Below, one piece after another: positions 8,778-18,401 of a stretch of 64,000 nt of DNA. The notes below the pieces were generated by a model that ran no database searches, had not been told where the DNA came from, and saw only the letters and a program-made list of their open reading frames with translations. Position 1 is the stretch's first letter; every line of letters starts with the position of its first letter. The stretch lies in sequence record PV231354.1. One strand, 5' to 3'. The translations under genes were made by a program, and so were the position numbers.

Positions 8778-9172
8778 CCCAGGACACCTTCCCGCCGATC
8801 CGCCCCCGCGACGCCAGGGACGAGGAAGTCCATGGCTTCGTCGTCCGCTACGGCTGGTTCTGGAACGTGACCCTGCTCAACGGCACGATCCTGGCCTTCG
8901 ATCCTGACGACGTCGACCCGTGCCGCTACGGCGTCACCGACAAGGACGCCTTCCGCAACCTCGCCGGCCCGGTCGAGACCATCGTCTCCTACGAGTGCGT
9001 CCAGGGCTGGCACGCCAAGGCCAAGCACCTGTCGGGCTGGACCGAGAAGCACGACGACCGGCTCGAAGCCCTGCGCACGGCCTACCGGCGCCTGGAGGAG
9101 CAGCGCGAACGCAACAGCCGGGCGCTCGAAGAGCACGGCGGCATCTTCCAGTTCCTGGAGAAGCAGGACTGA
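8774..9172 (+). CDS. hypothetical protein
   Basis: GTGA overlap; start reassigned. Confidence 0.7.
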   Translation: MTQDTFPPIRPRDARDEEVHGFVVRYGWFWNVTLLNGTILAFDPDDVDPCRYGVTDKDAFRNLAGPVETIVSYECVQGWHAKAKHLSGWTEKHDDRLEALRTAYRRLEEQRERNSRALEEHGGIFQFLEKQD

Positions 9173-9173
9173 C

Positions 9174-9362
9174 GTGACCAACGAGGAGATCACCTTCGCG
9201 GGCCTGATCAAGGCCATGGAGGACGCCCGCCGTGAAGCCCGCGCGGTGGGCGATCTCCTCAAGGCCGCCGAGATCGACGGCTGGTTCAAGGAGCACGCCC
9301 GGATCATCCGGGTGATCCGCGACAAGGCCGAGGCCGAAGAATTCGACAATCCGTTGGCGTGA
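9174..9362 (+). CDS. hypothetical protein
   Basis: ORF in operon. Confidence 0.7.
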   Translation: MTNEEITFAGLIKAMEDARREARAVGDLLKAAEIDGWFKEHARIIRVIRDKAEAEEFDNPLA

Positions 9363-9367
9363 GAGTG

Positions 9368-9420
9368 TTGACAGTCTCGCCGCGCCCGGCTACAAGCCTC
9401 CTCGACGACAACGCAAGGAG
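9368..9420 (+). promoter_or_regulatory. sigma70-type promoter + conserved leader
   Basis: TTGACA-N17-TACAAG; CGACGACAACG at 9403. Confidence 0.8.
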
Positions 9421-9426
9421 CCTGTC

Positions 9427-10590
9427 TTGACCGATTTCCCGATCATCCGCGCCGCCATTGAAGGCCGCCGCGCCGCTGGTTTCGACACCGTCCTGGCCAA
9501 CGCCGACGCCTTCGCTGCCGAGGGCGTGCTGATCAAGGCCGAGTTCGAGGACATCAAGGGCGTCTTCAGCCGCTGCCTCTCCGACGCCTGGGAAGTCGTG
9601 CGCAAGCGCCACTTCTTCATCGACCACGCCCTGCGCTCCAAGGAAGTCGAGGACCTCTTCTGGAGCTTCTCGATCCCCTATCCGCACGTCATGCCGGGCT
9701 TCCTGAAGAAGACCCTGGCGGCCAAGAACATCCCGGCCAACGTCCGCGAAGACCTCGTGGCCCTGTTCAACGAGGGCATCGCCCTCAACGACAAGCTGGT
9801 GGCACTCAAGCCTCTGATCGGCAAGCGCGCGCCCAAGAAGACCAAGGTCGAGATCGAGCGCGAGGGCAAGGAACGCACCTGCCAAATCTGCGGTCGCGGC
9901 ATCCTGGCCGAGGGCGGCATCATCGCCCACCACGGCTACACCCGCCCCTACGAGGGCTGGCAGACCGCCTCCTGCTCTGGCGCCCGCGAGGTTCCGTTCG
10001 AACTGAGCCGCGACGAACTGGGCAAAGAGATCGCCGCCCTGAAGGCGTGGCGCGTGCGCAAGGTGAACGAGCGCGCGGCGATCGAAGCCGAGACCGTCAA
10101 GCTGATCCTGAAGTATCAGGTCTCCGAGCAGGACCCGCGCAAGGCGCAGGGCTTCAAGCTGACCGTCGATCGCCAGATCGAAGTCACCCGCGACACCTTC
10201 GAGGCCCTGAAGGTCTCCACGCCCGAGGCCTTCTCGGGCAAGTACAACCCCCGCAAGGAGGGCAAGTACACCTACGAGGCCCTGACCTTCGACGGCCTGA
10301 AAGAGCAGGCCCTGGGCATGGTCGACATCGAGATCGGCCGCCTGGACAACGACATCCTGCGCCAGCAGGCCCGCTATGACGCCTGGAGCCAGAAGGCGAT
10401 CTTCGCCAAGGGCCGCTATTGGTTCATCGGTGATGAGGTCCAGACCGCCGACGGCGCGGTGGGCAGCATCAAGGGCTTCTACCAGCACTATCCGCCGCAG
10501 CCGGGCGACGTCGCGGGCGGCGTGCGTCTCGGGGCCGAGACCAGCGGTTTCGTCTCCTGGAACGTCGAGAGCCTGGAGCCGGTGGCCTGA
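9427..10590 (+). CDS. hypothetical protein with a possible Zn-binding C-x2-C/H/C motif
   Basis: 387 aa; TCQICGR...HHGY...SC. Confidence 0.8.
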   Translation: MTDFPIIRAAIEGRRAAGFDTVLANADAFAAEGVLIKAEFEDIKGVFSRCLSDAWEVVRKRHFFIDHALRSKEVEDLFWSFSIPYPHVMPGFLKKTLAAKNIPANVREDLVALFNEGIALNDKLVALKPLIGKRAPKKTKVEIEREGKERTCQICGRGILAEGGIIAHHGYTRPYEGWQTASCSGAREVPFELSRDELGKEIAALKAWRVRKVNERAAIEAETVKLILKYQVSEQDPRKAQGFKLTVDRQIEVTRDTFEALKVSTPEAFSGKYNPRKEGKYTYEALTFDGLKEQALGMVDIEIGRLDNDILRQQARYDAWSQKAIFAKGRYWFIGDEVQTADGAVGSIKGFYQHYPPQPGDVAGGVRLGAETSGFVSWNVESLEPVA

Positions 10591-10991
10591 TGCGCTTCGT
10601 CTCCCCAAACCAACCCTACTGCCGCTGCTGCGGCAAGCCGATCAAGAAGTTCACGCTCCGGCACTCGTTTGGCAAGAGCGAGTACAAGGACCATGGCTGG
10701 TCGATCTCGCGCACCGAGAAACCGATGTCCAAGGAGGAACTCCAGCGCGCGGTCAACGGCCGGATCATCTCGTTCACCTGGGACCACGAGACGACCTACG
10801 ACGCCAACTACGAGCCGATCCGCACGAAGACCTTCATCGGCGAGGCCAACGTCTGGGACGGCGAGACCTACGAGGCGCAGTTCTTCTGCACCATGCGGTG
10901 CGCCGCCGCGTTCGGGGAAATGGCCGCCCGTGAATATCCGGGCCTCCACACCCAGACCTACGCTGACGCCATGAAAAAGAGGGAGGGCTAA
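10590..10991 (+). CDS. Cys-rich hypothetical protein
   Basis: CRCCG...FCTMRC. Confidence 0.75.
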   Translation: MRFVSPNQPYCRCCGKPIKKFTLRHSFGKSEYKDHGWSISRTEKPMSKEELQRAVNGRIISFTWDHETTYDANYEPIRTKTFIGEANVWDGETYEAQFFCTMRCAAAFGEMAAREYPGLHTQTYADAMKKREG

Positions 10992-11713
10992 TGTCCGACG
11001 AGATCAGGAAGACCCACGAAGCCTTCGGCGTGATCGGCTACAGCCACACCCAGGGCGACACCGATCTGGTCGGCGTCGACTACGCCCAGGGGCACTACGT
11101 GTCCCTGACGATCAAGACGGCGATCGCCTACGAGGGCGAGACGCACGATCGCTTCCACGGCGACAAGTACATCTGCAAGGTGTCGATGAGCGAGGTCCAG
11201 TGGGCCTCCTTCATCGCCAACCCCAACCGGGGTGACGGCGTGCCCTGCACCTTGCAGTTCTACCGTGACCCGCTGACCGGCGAGCCCAAGCAGCCGAGAT
11301 ACCTGCGCGAGCGCCTGACCCGCATCGACCGCACCCGCGAGGCCGTCACCGCCCGCGCCAAGGGCCTGTCGACCAAGGTCAAGGAAGCCCAGGCCGAACT
11401 CCAGCGGCTGATGGACGGCGGCCCGATCAAGAAGGGCGATCTGAAGGCGCTCAAGGACCTGCTCTACTTCGCCAACCAGGACATGGACATGAACCTGGGC
11501 TACTTCGTCGAGCGGGTCGAGGAGACCATCGACAAGGCGGTGGTCGACGCCAAGGCCCAGGTCGACGCCCACGTCGACTTCGTGGTCCGGGAACTGGGCG
11601 TGCGCGCCCTGGGCTCGCGGCTGCAAGCGGCGATCGACGCGGGCCATGAGCCGGGCGCGGTCGGTCAAGCCCTGCTCGACGCGATAGCCCCACCCCAGGA
11701 GCCGCCGACGTGA
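10991..11713 (+). CDS. hypothetical protein
   Basis: TAATG overlap, SD present. Confidence 0.8.
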   Translation: MSDEIRKTHEAFGVIGYSHTQGDTDLVGVDYAQGHYVSLTIKTAIAYEGETHDRFHGDKYICKVSMSEVQWASFIANPNRGDGVPCTLQFYRDPLTGEPKQPRYLRERLTRIDRTREAVTARAKGLSTKVKEAQAELQRLMDGGPIKKGDLKALKDLLYFANQDMDMNLGYFVERVEETIDKAVVDAKAQVDAHVDFVVRELGVRALGSRLQAAIDAGHEPGAVGQALLDAIAPPQEPPT

Positions 11714-11952
11714 GGACGCCCCGCTTCCTGAACCGCTGGCGCGACCGCGACCTCGCCGAGGAGAAGGCCTTCCAGACCAAGGGTCTGGCCTTCGCCCACG
11801 CCGCGCGCATCGCCAGCCGCCTGGGCGAGATCGTTCGTGTCGAGCATCAGGAACCCATCAGCCAAGCCTCCCCGAACTGGGCGGTGGTCGAGAAGTGGAG
11901 CTTCCACCCCGACGGCCGCATGACCCGTGACCTCAAGAAGGAAGTCCTATGA
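11710..11952 (+). CDS. hypothetical protein
   Basis: GTGA overlap. Confidence 0.7.
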   Translation: MRTPRFLNRWRDRDLAEEKAFQTKGLAFAHAARIASRLGEIVRVEHQEPISQASPNWAVVEKWSFHPDGRMTRDLKKEVL

Positions 11953-12443
11953 CCCGCAGCACCACCGAGATCATCGCCCGCATCAAGTCCCTGGAGAACG
12001 ACACGTCGGACTTCTTCGGCTTCCAGACGGGCGATCTCGTCTGCTATCTCCCCTTCGCCGACGCCAAGCCCTGGCTGAACGAGAACGCGACGGCCGAGGC
12101 CTGGACGCCCAGCGTCAACACGCCCGAGGCGATCAAGTCGACCATCCACGACTACATGTCGTTCGCCTGGGACAAGGCCAACAACTGCCGGGGCCTGTCG
12201 GCCGGCCGCTCACTAGACCACATGAAGGCTTGGCTCTGGCTCTACGGCGCCGACGAAGCCTGGATCGAGGCCCTGCGCCTGGACAACTACACCATGTACG
12301 GCAAGCCCCAGCTTCGCGCGATCTGCGAGCACTTCGGCTGGGACTGGACCCAGTGGGATGACGGCTGCTGGACCAACAACGAGGGCGCGGCCGGCTACAG
12401 CCCGGACGAGGTCGAGCGCGTCGGCGTCCTGGCTGACGCCTAG
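11949..12443 (+). CDS. hypothetical protein
   Basis: ATGA overlap. Confidence 0.8.
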   Translation: MTRSTTEIIARIKSLENDTSDFFGFQTGDLVCYLPFADAKPWLNENATAEAWTPSVNTPEAIKSTIHDYMSFAWDKANNCRGLSAGRSLDHMKAWLWLYGADEAWIEALRLDNYTMYGKPQLRAICEHFGWDWTQWDDGCWTNNEGAAGYSPDEVERVGVLADA

Positions 12444-12457
12444 TTGGCGTTAGAGTG

Positions 12458-12513
12458 TTGACAGTCATTGGGGCCTCCTCTATATCCACCCTCGACGACA
12501 ACGAGGAGGCCCC
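12458..12513 (+). promoter_or_regulatory. sigma70-type promoter + conserved leader
   Basis: TTGACA-N17-TATATC; motif at 12493; 11-bp inverted repeat 12470-80/12503-13. Confidence 0.85.
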
Positions 12514-12514
12514 G

Positions 12515-14263
12515 ATGACGACCGAGACCATGACCCTGAGCTTCCGTATCGAAGGCGCCGCCCTGGTGGAGCGCGCCCGCGACCGGGTCATCGAAGGCGC
12601 CTGGGAGCATGGCCTGCGCATCCTCGTCGAGGGTCTGCACGGCATGACCTACGAGATCGCCATCGACATCCTGATGGGCAAGTACACCCTGGGCGGCTGG
12701 TCCTCGGACCCCGAGGGCGTCTACCTCACCGAGCAAGACCCCGAGGACGAGACCTTCAAGCGCTACAAGGAGACGTTCGACTTCCAGTTCGCCGGCGTCT
12801 TCAAGGACGAGACGGGCCGCATCATGCGCCCCTACGCCATCGTCGACAGCTACGGCAAGAAGGACTTCGACTCCAAGTACCGCTACGACCACGCCCGCGC
12901 GCGCGGCTCGGACGAGTTCCTGTCGCGCCCGGTGCGCTACCACGACATCCTGGGCAAGGACCCGATCGACTGGGCCTATCGCGCCCTGCATTACGCCAAC
13001 CTGCCGCAGCAAGACATCGTCAAGCGGGTCAAGAACCCCGGCGAATACCACGGCACGATCCAGGAGATGGCCGCGCTATTCGAGGTCATCCACGACTACC
13101 CCAAGCTCCTGCTGCCCTACGTCACCAACAGCGCCCAGGAGGCCGTCGACAAAGCGGTCGCCTCCGGCCGCCGGATGGAGAAGCGCGGCTATGTCCACGA
13201 GTACGGCCCCAATGATCCGTTCGCTGAGTTCCACGCCGTGACGACCACGGCGATCGACAACTTGCCGCCCCAGTGGGTGATCGAGAACCAAGCCTATGAG
13301 CCCCCGGCGCCGGTCAAGGCCCTGGAGGACTTCAAGCAGGGCGTCGCGAGCGCCCCTGATGAGGTCTCGGCGATGAACCGGATGATCGTCAAGGAGGTCA
13401 ACGCCGGCACGAGCATGTCGACCGCCATCGCCCTGGCCCGCGCCAAGATGGCGCTGATGGGTGGCATGGCCGAGGACCCTGAAGAGCGCATGTCGGCGAT
13501 TAACGCCCACTTGGCGGCGGAGGCCGAGCGCGCCGAAGGCAAGTCCAACGAGACCTACCGCAAGGCGATCCAGGAGCAGGCCGCCGGCGACTACTTCGAT
13601 CTCGTGTACACGGGTAAGGGTGGCGAGGAGGTGACCCTGAAGGTCCCGACCGCGCCGTTCGAGAAGTGGTGCCTGTGGCGCACCGCCGGCGCTCACCTCG
13701 CCAAGCCGTGGAAGCGCGTCACCTATTCGGGTCTGAAGTGCTTCGGCGACGACCCCTATCACACCGACTGGGTCATCGGCGCGGGCCTGGAGCCCGAGGA
13801 TTGGCCGACCCGCAGCGACGACCCGCTGCACAAGGCCGCCTGGGACAAGCGCTTCGAGGTCGCCCAGAGCAAGATGGGCGGCAATCTGGTGGTCCTGCTG
13901 GGCACGGGCTTCGTGACCGGCAAGATCAAGCACCTCAAGCCGGGCGAGACCCTGGAGCGGGGGCAGATCGGCGTGATCCGCAACGCTGGCCCCGACTACG
14001 TCCAGGCCGCCGTCAGCGCGATCGACAACAACGCCGCCCTGATCACCGAGAACGGCGGCAACGTCGCCCACCTCGTCACCGAGTTCCGGGACAAGCCGCT
14101 GCGTCTGGTGCGCATCGCCGACGCCCGCAAGATTTTCAAGGACGGCATGGAGGTCGACCTCGACCTGGATAAGGCATGGCGCCGTATCTACGAAGGCTCG
14201 CGCGGTCCCGCGCCGGGTGACCTCTACCTGCCGCCGGAATGGGAGATTCAAGATGACGCATGA
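12515..14263 (+). CDS. protein with C-terminal PEP-utiliser phosphohistidine swivel domain
   Basis: GQIGVIRNAGPDY...ALITENGGNVAHLVTEFR...FKDGMEVDLD; start reassigned to the ATG after the SD. Confidence 0.8.
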   Translation: MTTETMTLSFRIEGAALVERARDRVIEGAWEHGLRILVEGLHGMTYEIAIDILMGKYTLGGWSSDPEGVYLTEQDPEDETFKRYKETFDFQFAGVFKDETGRIMRPYAIVDSYGKKDFDSKYRYDHARARGSDEFLSRPVRYHDILGKDPIDWAYRALHYANLPQQDIVKRVKNPGEYHGTIQEMAALFEVIHDYPKLLLPYVTNSAQEAVDKAVASGRRMEKRGYVHEYGPNDPFAEFHAVTTTAIDNLPPQWVIENQAYEPPAPVKALEDFKQGVASAPDEVSAMNRMIVKEVNAGTSMSTAIALARAKMALMGGMAEDPEERMSAINAHLAAEAERAEGKSNETYRKAIQEQAAGDYFDLVYTGKGGEEVTLKVPTAPFEKWCLWRTAGAHLAKPWKRVTYSGLKCFGDDPYHTDWVIGAGLEPEDWPTRSDDPLHKAAWDKRFEVAQSKMGGNLVVLLGTGFVTGKIKHLKPGETLERGQIGVIRNAGPDYVQAAVSAIDNNAALITENGGNVAHLVTEFRDKPLRLVRIADARKIFKDGMEVDLDLDKAWRRIYEGSRGPAPGDLYLPPEWEIQDDA

Positions 14264-14549
14264 ACTGATTATGGTCCAGGTGGGTGGGCAAGCCCATTCG
14301 CACTTCTCGATCGAGACGCGCGAGGCCGAGGTGCCGGGCGGAAAGCTCTACATCACCACGGCGCATGCCGGCGAGAACTGCGAGGCCATATCGGTCGCCC
14401 AGACCTTCGTGCCGACGCCGCCGCCGTCTAAGGTCGTGACCATCCCCGACGAGGTGCTGCGCGACCTGATGAGCCGCAAGGACGTCGCCAGCGGGCGCTC
14501 GCTGCTCAAGAAGTGGCTGTTCGCCCACGGCCTGGAGCTTGAGGCCTGA
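14253..14549 (+). CDS. hypothetical protein (GGKLY...FVP type)
   Basis: Resembles 7146..7331. Confidence 0.7.
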   Translation: MTHELIMVQVGGQAHSHFSIETREAEVPGGKLYITTAHAGENCEAISVAQTFVPTPPPSKVVTIPDEVLRDLMSRKDVASGRSLLKKWLFAHGLELEA

Positions 14550-14728
14550 TGCCGCTCTTCAGCTTCAAGGCTACGGTCACCTACCACGACGACGTCGTGA
14601 TCGACGCCGAGGACGAGGACCACGCCCGCGAACTGGTGGCTGAGTCTGGCTTCACCGGAAGCCACATCGTCAGCCACGACGCCGACCTTGACCCCGAGAT
14701 CAAGCTCCACCTGGACGAGGAGGACTGA
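14549..14728 (+). CDS. 59-aa acidic hypothetical protein
   Basis: Manual ORF MPLFSFKATV..., fills the gap, TGATG overlap. Confidence 0.7.
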   Translation: MPLFSFKATVTYHDDVVIDAEDEDHARELVAESGFTGSHIVSHDADLDPEIKLHLDEED

Positions 14729-14729
14729 C

Positions 14730-15236
14730 ATGGCCGATTTCAGTGAGGCCCGGCGTGCGGTCGCGACCGAGGAACTGATCACGCGCCTGAAGGCCCTCAA
14801 GGACCTGGAGGACGCCCGCGACATCCCGGACGAGGAGACCAAGTCGGCGCTGGCGGCGGCGATCCTGCGCCTTGGTGAGTACGAGGATGAGGTCCAAAGC
14901 AACAAGGCCACGATCGCGCGCCTTATGGGAGCCATCCATGCCTGGAGGACGATGGTCACCCAGGACCAGGGCGCGCCCGACTTCAAGCGCGCCGCCGCCC
15001 ATCTGCACGTCTTCTCCACCTTCTACGACCGCATGTGGGCGATCGTTCGCACCTTCGAGAAGGCCGTGGATGAGACGGGCCTGCTGAACAAGACTGGTCC
15101 TGATCCGATCCGCCGGCTGATCTGGAAGTACATCCGCCACGATCTGGCCGGCGAACTGGGCTCGTCCATGCTCTGGTCGCACCGCAACGCCGTCGCCGCC
15201 CTCAAGGGCCTGGAAGATGCGGAGCCGAAGGTTTGA
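14730..15236 (+). CDS. hypothetical protein
   Basis: GAGGAGG SD. Confidence 0.75.
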   Translation: MADFSEARRAVATEELITRLKALKDLEDARDIPDEETKSALAAAILRLGEYEDEVQSNKATIARLMGAIHAWRTMVTQDQGAPDFKRAAAHLHVFSTFYDRMWAIVRTFEKAVDETGLLNKTGPDPIRRLIWKYIRHDLAGELGSSMLWSHRNAVAALKGLEDAEPKV

Positions 15237-15445
15237 GCCGCCGCTACACCGGCCCGCGCTTCTGGGTCTCCGAGGACGGCCACGTCCACCAAATCCAGGA
15301 CGGCGTCACCAACGTCGTCGCCACCCTCTCCCCGGACGAGATGAAACGGCTGCGCAAGTGCGGTTGGAACATCGGCTCGTCCACCCGCCGCTACGCCTAC
15401 AACCCCGCCTCAATTCTCCGCAACGCCCTGGGAGCCGCCCGATGA
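15233..15445 (+). CDS. hypothetical protein
   Basis: Overlapping start/stop. Confidence 0.65.
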   Translation: MSRRYTGPRFWVSEDGHVHQIQDGVTNVVATLSPDEMKRLRKCGWNIGSSTRRYAYNPASILRNALGAAR

Positions 15446-16014
15446 TCGACCCGAAAGCCACGCTCGCCCAGCAGACCGAGTCGTTCCTCGGCGACGGCCG
15501 GGCGCTCGCCGAGGTCTGCCAGCGGGAGGGCACCTATAATCTCGCCGACCAGACCCTGGCCTACATCGCTGACGCCGAGGCAATCATCGAGGCCCAGCGC
15601 GCGCGGATCGTCCAGTTTCAGGAAGAGAAGCTGCGCAACTGGGGGACCAACAACGCCTACCTGCGCGTGATCCAGGAGTTCATCGCCGGCCGCGCAAACC
15701 CGCATCTCAAAGCGCTGCAAGACCTCGGCGGCATGACGATCGTCCAGGGACGGCAACTCCAGCAGACCATCGACAAGTTCAACGCTACGCTGCGTGCCGA
15801 GGGCATCTCCGGGAAAGAGTTGACCGGCAAAGGCAAGCGGCTGATGGACCTTGTCGAGTTCTTCGTCTTCCATGAACTTCATCGCGTGGCGTGGTACATC
15901 GAGAAGTTCGTCGGCCGCGACATCCATTTAGCCGTCGCCGGCCTGACGCCGGCCGACATCAAGGACCTTCCCAACCCCGACCCGCCAGCGCAGGCCCAGG
16001 AGATGCCCTCGTGA
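15442..16014 (+). CDS. hypothetical protein
   Basis: ATGA overlap. Confidence 0.75.
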   Translation: MIDPKATLAQQTESFLGDGRALAEVCQREGTYNLADQTLAYIADAEAIIEAQRARIVQFQEEKLRNWGTNNAYLRVIQEFIAGRANPHLKALQDLGGMTIVQGRQLQQTIDKFNATLRAEGISGKELTGKGKRLMDLVEFFVFHELHRVAWYIEKFVGRDIHLAVAGLTPADIKDLPNPDPPAQAQEMPS

Positions 16015-16238
16015 TCGACTACGTCTACCGCAAAGACCCGCGCGGCAGCGACTACGGCGCCCAGCGGATGGACCTGAGTGAAGCCCTGGCGGTGGTCGCG
16101 GCCGAGAAGCAGGACTTCCTCATTCGCTTGGTCGAGGTCCTGCACGAGAACAACCTCCTGCGCGACGCCGACGTGCTGGAGTTGCTCGGCAAGGGCTGGG
16201 GCCTGGAGGCCTACGACGTCCTGTACGTAGACGATTGA
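16011..16238 (+). CDS. hypothetical protein
   Basis: GTGA overlap. Confidence 0.7.
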   Translation: MIDYVYRKDPRGSDYGAQRMDLSEALAVVAAEKQDFLIRLVEVLHENNLLRDADVLELLGKGWGLEAYDVLYVDD

Positions 16239-16290
16239 CAACACTCTCGCGCCAGCATAGAAGCCTTCTCGACGACAACGAAGGAGGCTT
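16235..16290 (+). promoter_or_regulatory. sigma70-type promoter + conserved leader
   Basis: TTGACA-N17-TAGAAG; motif at 16270. Confidence 0.85.
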
Positions 16291-16292
16291 CC

Positions 16293-16664
16293 GTGAAGCT
16301 CGCGACCCAAGACCGGACCGATCCCCGCCTGAACGCCGACTACCGCCTGATCAAGGCGGTCTTCTACTACGGCGGCCCGGCCGAGTACCCGATCCACCTG
16401 GACGAACGCTGGAGTGCGGTGACGCCGGCCCAGGTCGAGGACCAGATTTCGGTCCTCTGCCGCGACCTCGCCAAATGCGCGGGCAACACCCTGGCGCCGG
16501 CGACCTTCTACGAGCGCGCCAAGCTGAGCTTCGCCGAGGTGCCGCCGGTGTCCGACGAGTTCTGGGGCCTGATCTCCGAGACCACCAAGCAGAACATCCT
16601 CGCCCTGAAGGATCGCTTCACCGTCCACGGCAGCGGCTTCATGCTCTCGTGGGCCAAGGTCTGA
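16293..16664 (+). CDS. hypothetical protein
   Basis: AGGAGG SD. Confidence 0.8.
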   Translation: MKLATQDRTDPRLNADYRLIKAVFYYGGPAEYPIHLDERWSAVTPAQVEDQISVLCRDLAKCAGNTLAPATFYERAKLSFAEVPPVSDEFWGLISETTKQNILALKDRFTVHGSGFMLSWAKV

Positions 16665-17002
16665 TGTGCCATCTGGCTCACACCCAGGGATGCCGCGAGT
16701 GCCCGTTCAAGCGCACCGCCGCGCCCGGCTGGCTCGGCGCCGACACCCCCGAGGGCTTCCTGCGCGCGACCATGTCGGGTAGCGTCCAGATGCCCTGCCA
16801 CATGACCGTCGACTACGACGCCGACGACTGGCGCGAGCAGGCGGCCGACGCGCCGTTCTGCGCCGGCGCGCTGATCTTCCTCAAGAACATCTGCAACCTG
16901 CCGCATGATCCGAAGATCGTCGCGGCCCGCGCGCAGGTCGAACCCAACCGCGAGGACTACTTCGCCCGTCCGGACGAGTTCCTGGCCCATCACGGAGGCT
17001 GA
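16664..17002 (+). CDS. Cys/His-rich hypothetical protein (DUF6283-like pattern)
   Basis: CRECPF...PCH...CAGAL. Confidence 0.7.
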   Translation: MCHLAHTQGCRECPFKRTAAPGWLGADTPEGFLRATMSGSVQMPCHMTVDYDADDWREQAADAPFCAGALIFLKNICNLPHDPKIVAARAQVEPNREDYFARPDEFLAHHGG

Positions 17003-17003
17003 C

Positions 17004-17282
17004 ATGACCAAGCCCGCCCAGTACCGCGTCCGCGCCTTCACGCGCCGCCTGCCGCCCCAGCGTGGCTATCTCGACCACGACATCGTCCACATGCAGGTCC
17101 TGGAACTCAAGCGGTGGTTCGGCTGGCAGACCATCGACGAGGAGGTCGTGCCCGACCACGTCAAGATCAGCAGCGGCGCCCTGGGCGACACCGGCGGCTG
17201 GGTCTCGAAGTTCACCAAGCTGGGGACCTTCGGCCGCGACGGCGTCTTCACCCTGCACCCGCACGTGGAGGCCAAGCTCTGA
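17004..17282 (+). CDS. hypothetical protein
   Basis: GGAGG SD. Confidence 0.7.
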   Translation: MTKPAQYRVRAFTRRLPPQRGYLDHDIVHMQVLELKRWFGWQTIDEEVVPDHVKISSGALGDTGGWVSKFTKLGTFGRDGVFTLHPHVEAKL

Positions 17283-17704
17283 TGCGCCTGTTCCTGATCA
17301 TCTTGGCGACGATCCTGTGGCTGGGCGACACCGCCCGCGCCCAGTCCTTCCGCCTGTCCCAGCCGCTCAACTACGGCAGCGATCTCCACTACACCGAGAC
17401 GCGCGACGCCTCGGCCTCACGTGATCCGCTCAAGCGGGTGATCGCCGACCTGTCGCGCTCGCCGACGGTGACGATCGAGCGGGCCTGGACCTATGCCGAA
17501 CTCGCCGGCGCCCAGACCACCTGCGGCGAGATCATCCTCAACGGCCGCCACCAGAAGTTCGTCCTCCAGCAGGGGCCGAAGACCGCCGTGATCGGCCCCG
17601 CCATGCCCACCGAGTTCTGGAGCCTGGATGTCCAGGACTACCAGTTCCGCAACGCCGGGTGCCTGCGCGACCGCGCCGCCCAGATCATCCCGCCGCGCTT
17701 CTGA
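17282..17704 (+). CDS. putative secreted protein (Sec signal peptide)
   Basis: MRLFLIILATILWLGDTARA|QS. Confidence 0.7.
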   Translation: MRLFLIILATILWLGDTARAQSFRLSQPLNYGSDLHYTETRDASASRDPLKRVIADLSRSPTVTIERAWTYAELAGAQTTCGEIILNGRHQKFVLQQGPKTAVIGPAMPTEFWSLDVQDYQFRNAGCLRDRAAQIIPPRF

Positions 17705-17721
17705 TCCTTGGCCGTCTTGTG

Positions 17722-17775
17722 TTGACAAAGGCAGGTTCGCCGGCCTAGAACGTCATCGACGACAACAAAGGAGGC
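17722..17775 (+). promoter_or_regulatory. sigma70-type promoter + conserved leader
   Basis: TTGACA-N18-TAGAAC; CGACGACAACAAAGGAGG. Confidence 0.8.
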
Positions 17776-17778
17776 CCC

Positions 17779-18135
17779 ATGCCGCTGTATGATTTCCCGA
17801 CCGGCCCGACCACGATGGAAGACATCGAAGCGTTCGTCGCCGGCGCCCAGGCGGTGGTCAACGCCCAGATGGCGAAGACCTTCCCGAACGTGAGCCCGCC
17901 GGTCCTGACGATCGAGCCGGTGCGCGCCAACAGCCAGTTCGCCAAGATCGTGGCAAGCGACCGCGCCCAGCGCTCGGTCTGGGCGTTCGTTCGCCTGGAG
18001 AACGGCCTGATCTACAAGCCTTCCTCCTGGAAGGTCCCGGCCAAGCACGCGCGCGGCACCATCCACTCCGCTGGCCACGGCGCCGAGTACGTCGACTGGA
18101 CCGGCCCGCGCTACATCAAGGACATGCGCCCGTGA
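17779..18135 (+). CDS. conserved phage hypothetical protein
   Basis: SVWAFV...GLIYKPSSWKVPAKHARG. Confidence 0.8.
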   Translation: MPLYDFPTGPTTMEDIEAFVAGAQAVVNAQMAKTFPNVSPPVLTIEPVRANSQFAKIVASDRAQRSVWAFVRLENGLIYKPSSWKVPAKHARGTIHSAGHGAEYVDWTGPRYIKDMRP

Positions 18136-18401
18136 GCATCTTCACCGTGATCTTGTCGCAGTACGATGAGCAGCGCGTCTACATCGTCGAAGCCGGCAAC
18201 AACATCAACGCCCTGGCGCACGCCAAGCGCGTGGCGGAGTCGCACGACGAGAAGGGCTCGACCTGGAACCTCAACGTGATGTTTGTCGGCGCGTCCGACA
18301 TCGCCATGAAGAGCCAGGGGCTGAAGGTCATCGACCTGCGGGTCGACGAGACCGTCGCACCCATACGCCTGCCCACGGCCGAACGCGTCGGGGGCTGCTG
18401 A
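18132..18401 (+). CDS. hypothetical protein
   Basis: GTGA overlap. Confidence 0.7.
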   Translation: MSIFTVILSQYDEQRVYIVEAGNNINALAHAKRVAESHDEKGSTWNLNVMFVGASDIAMKSQGLKVIDLRVDETVAPIRLPTAERVGGC

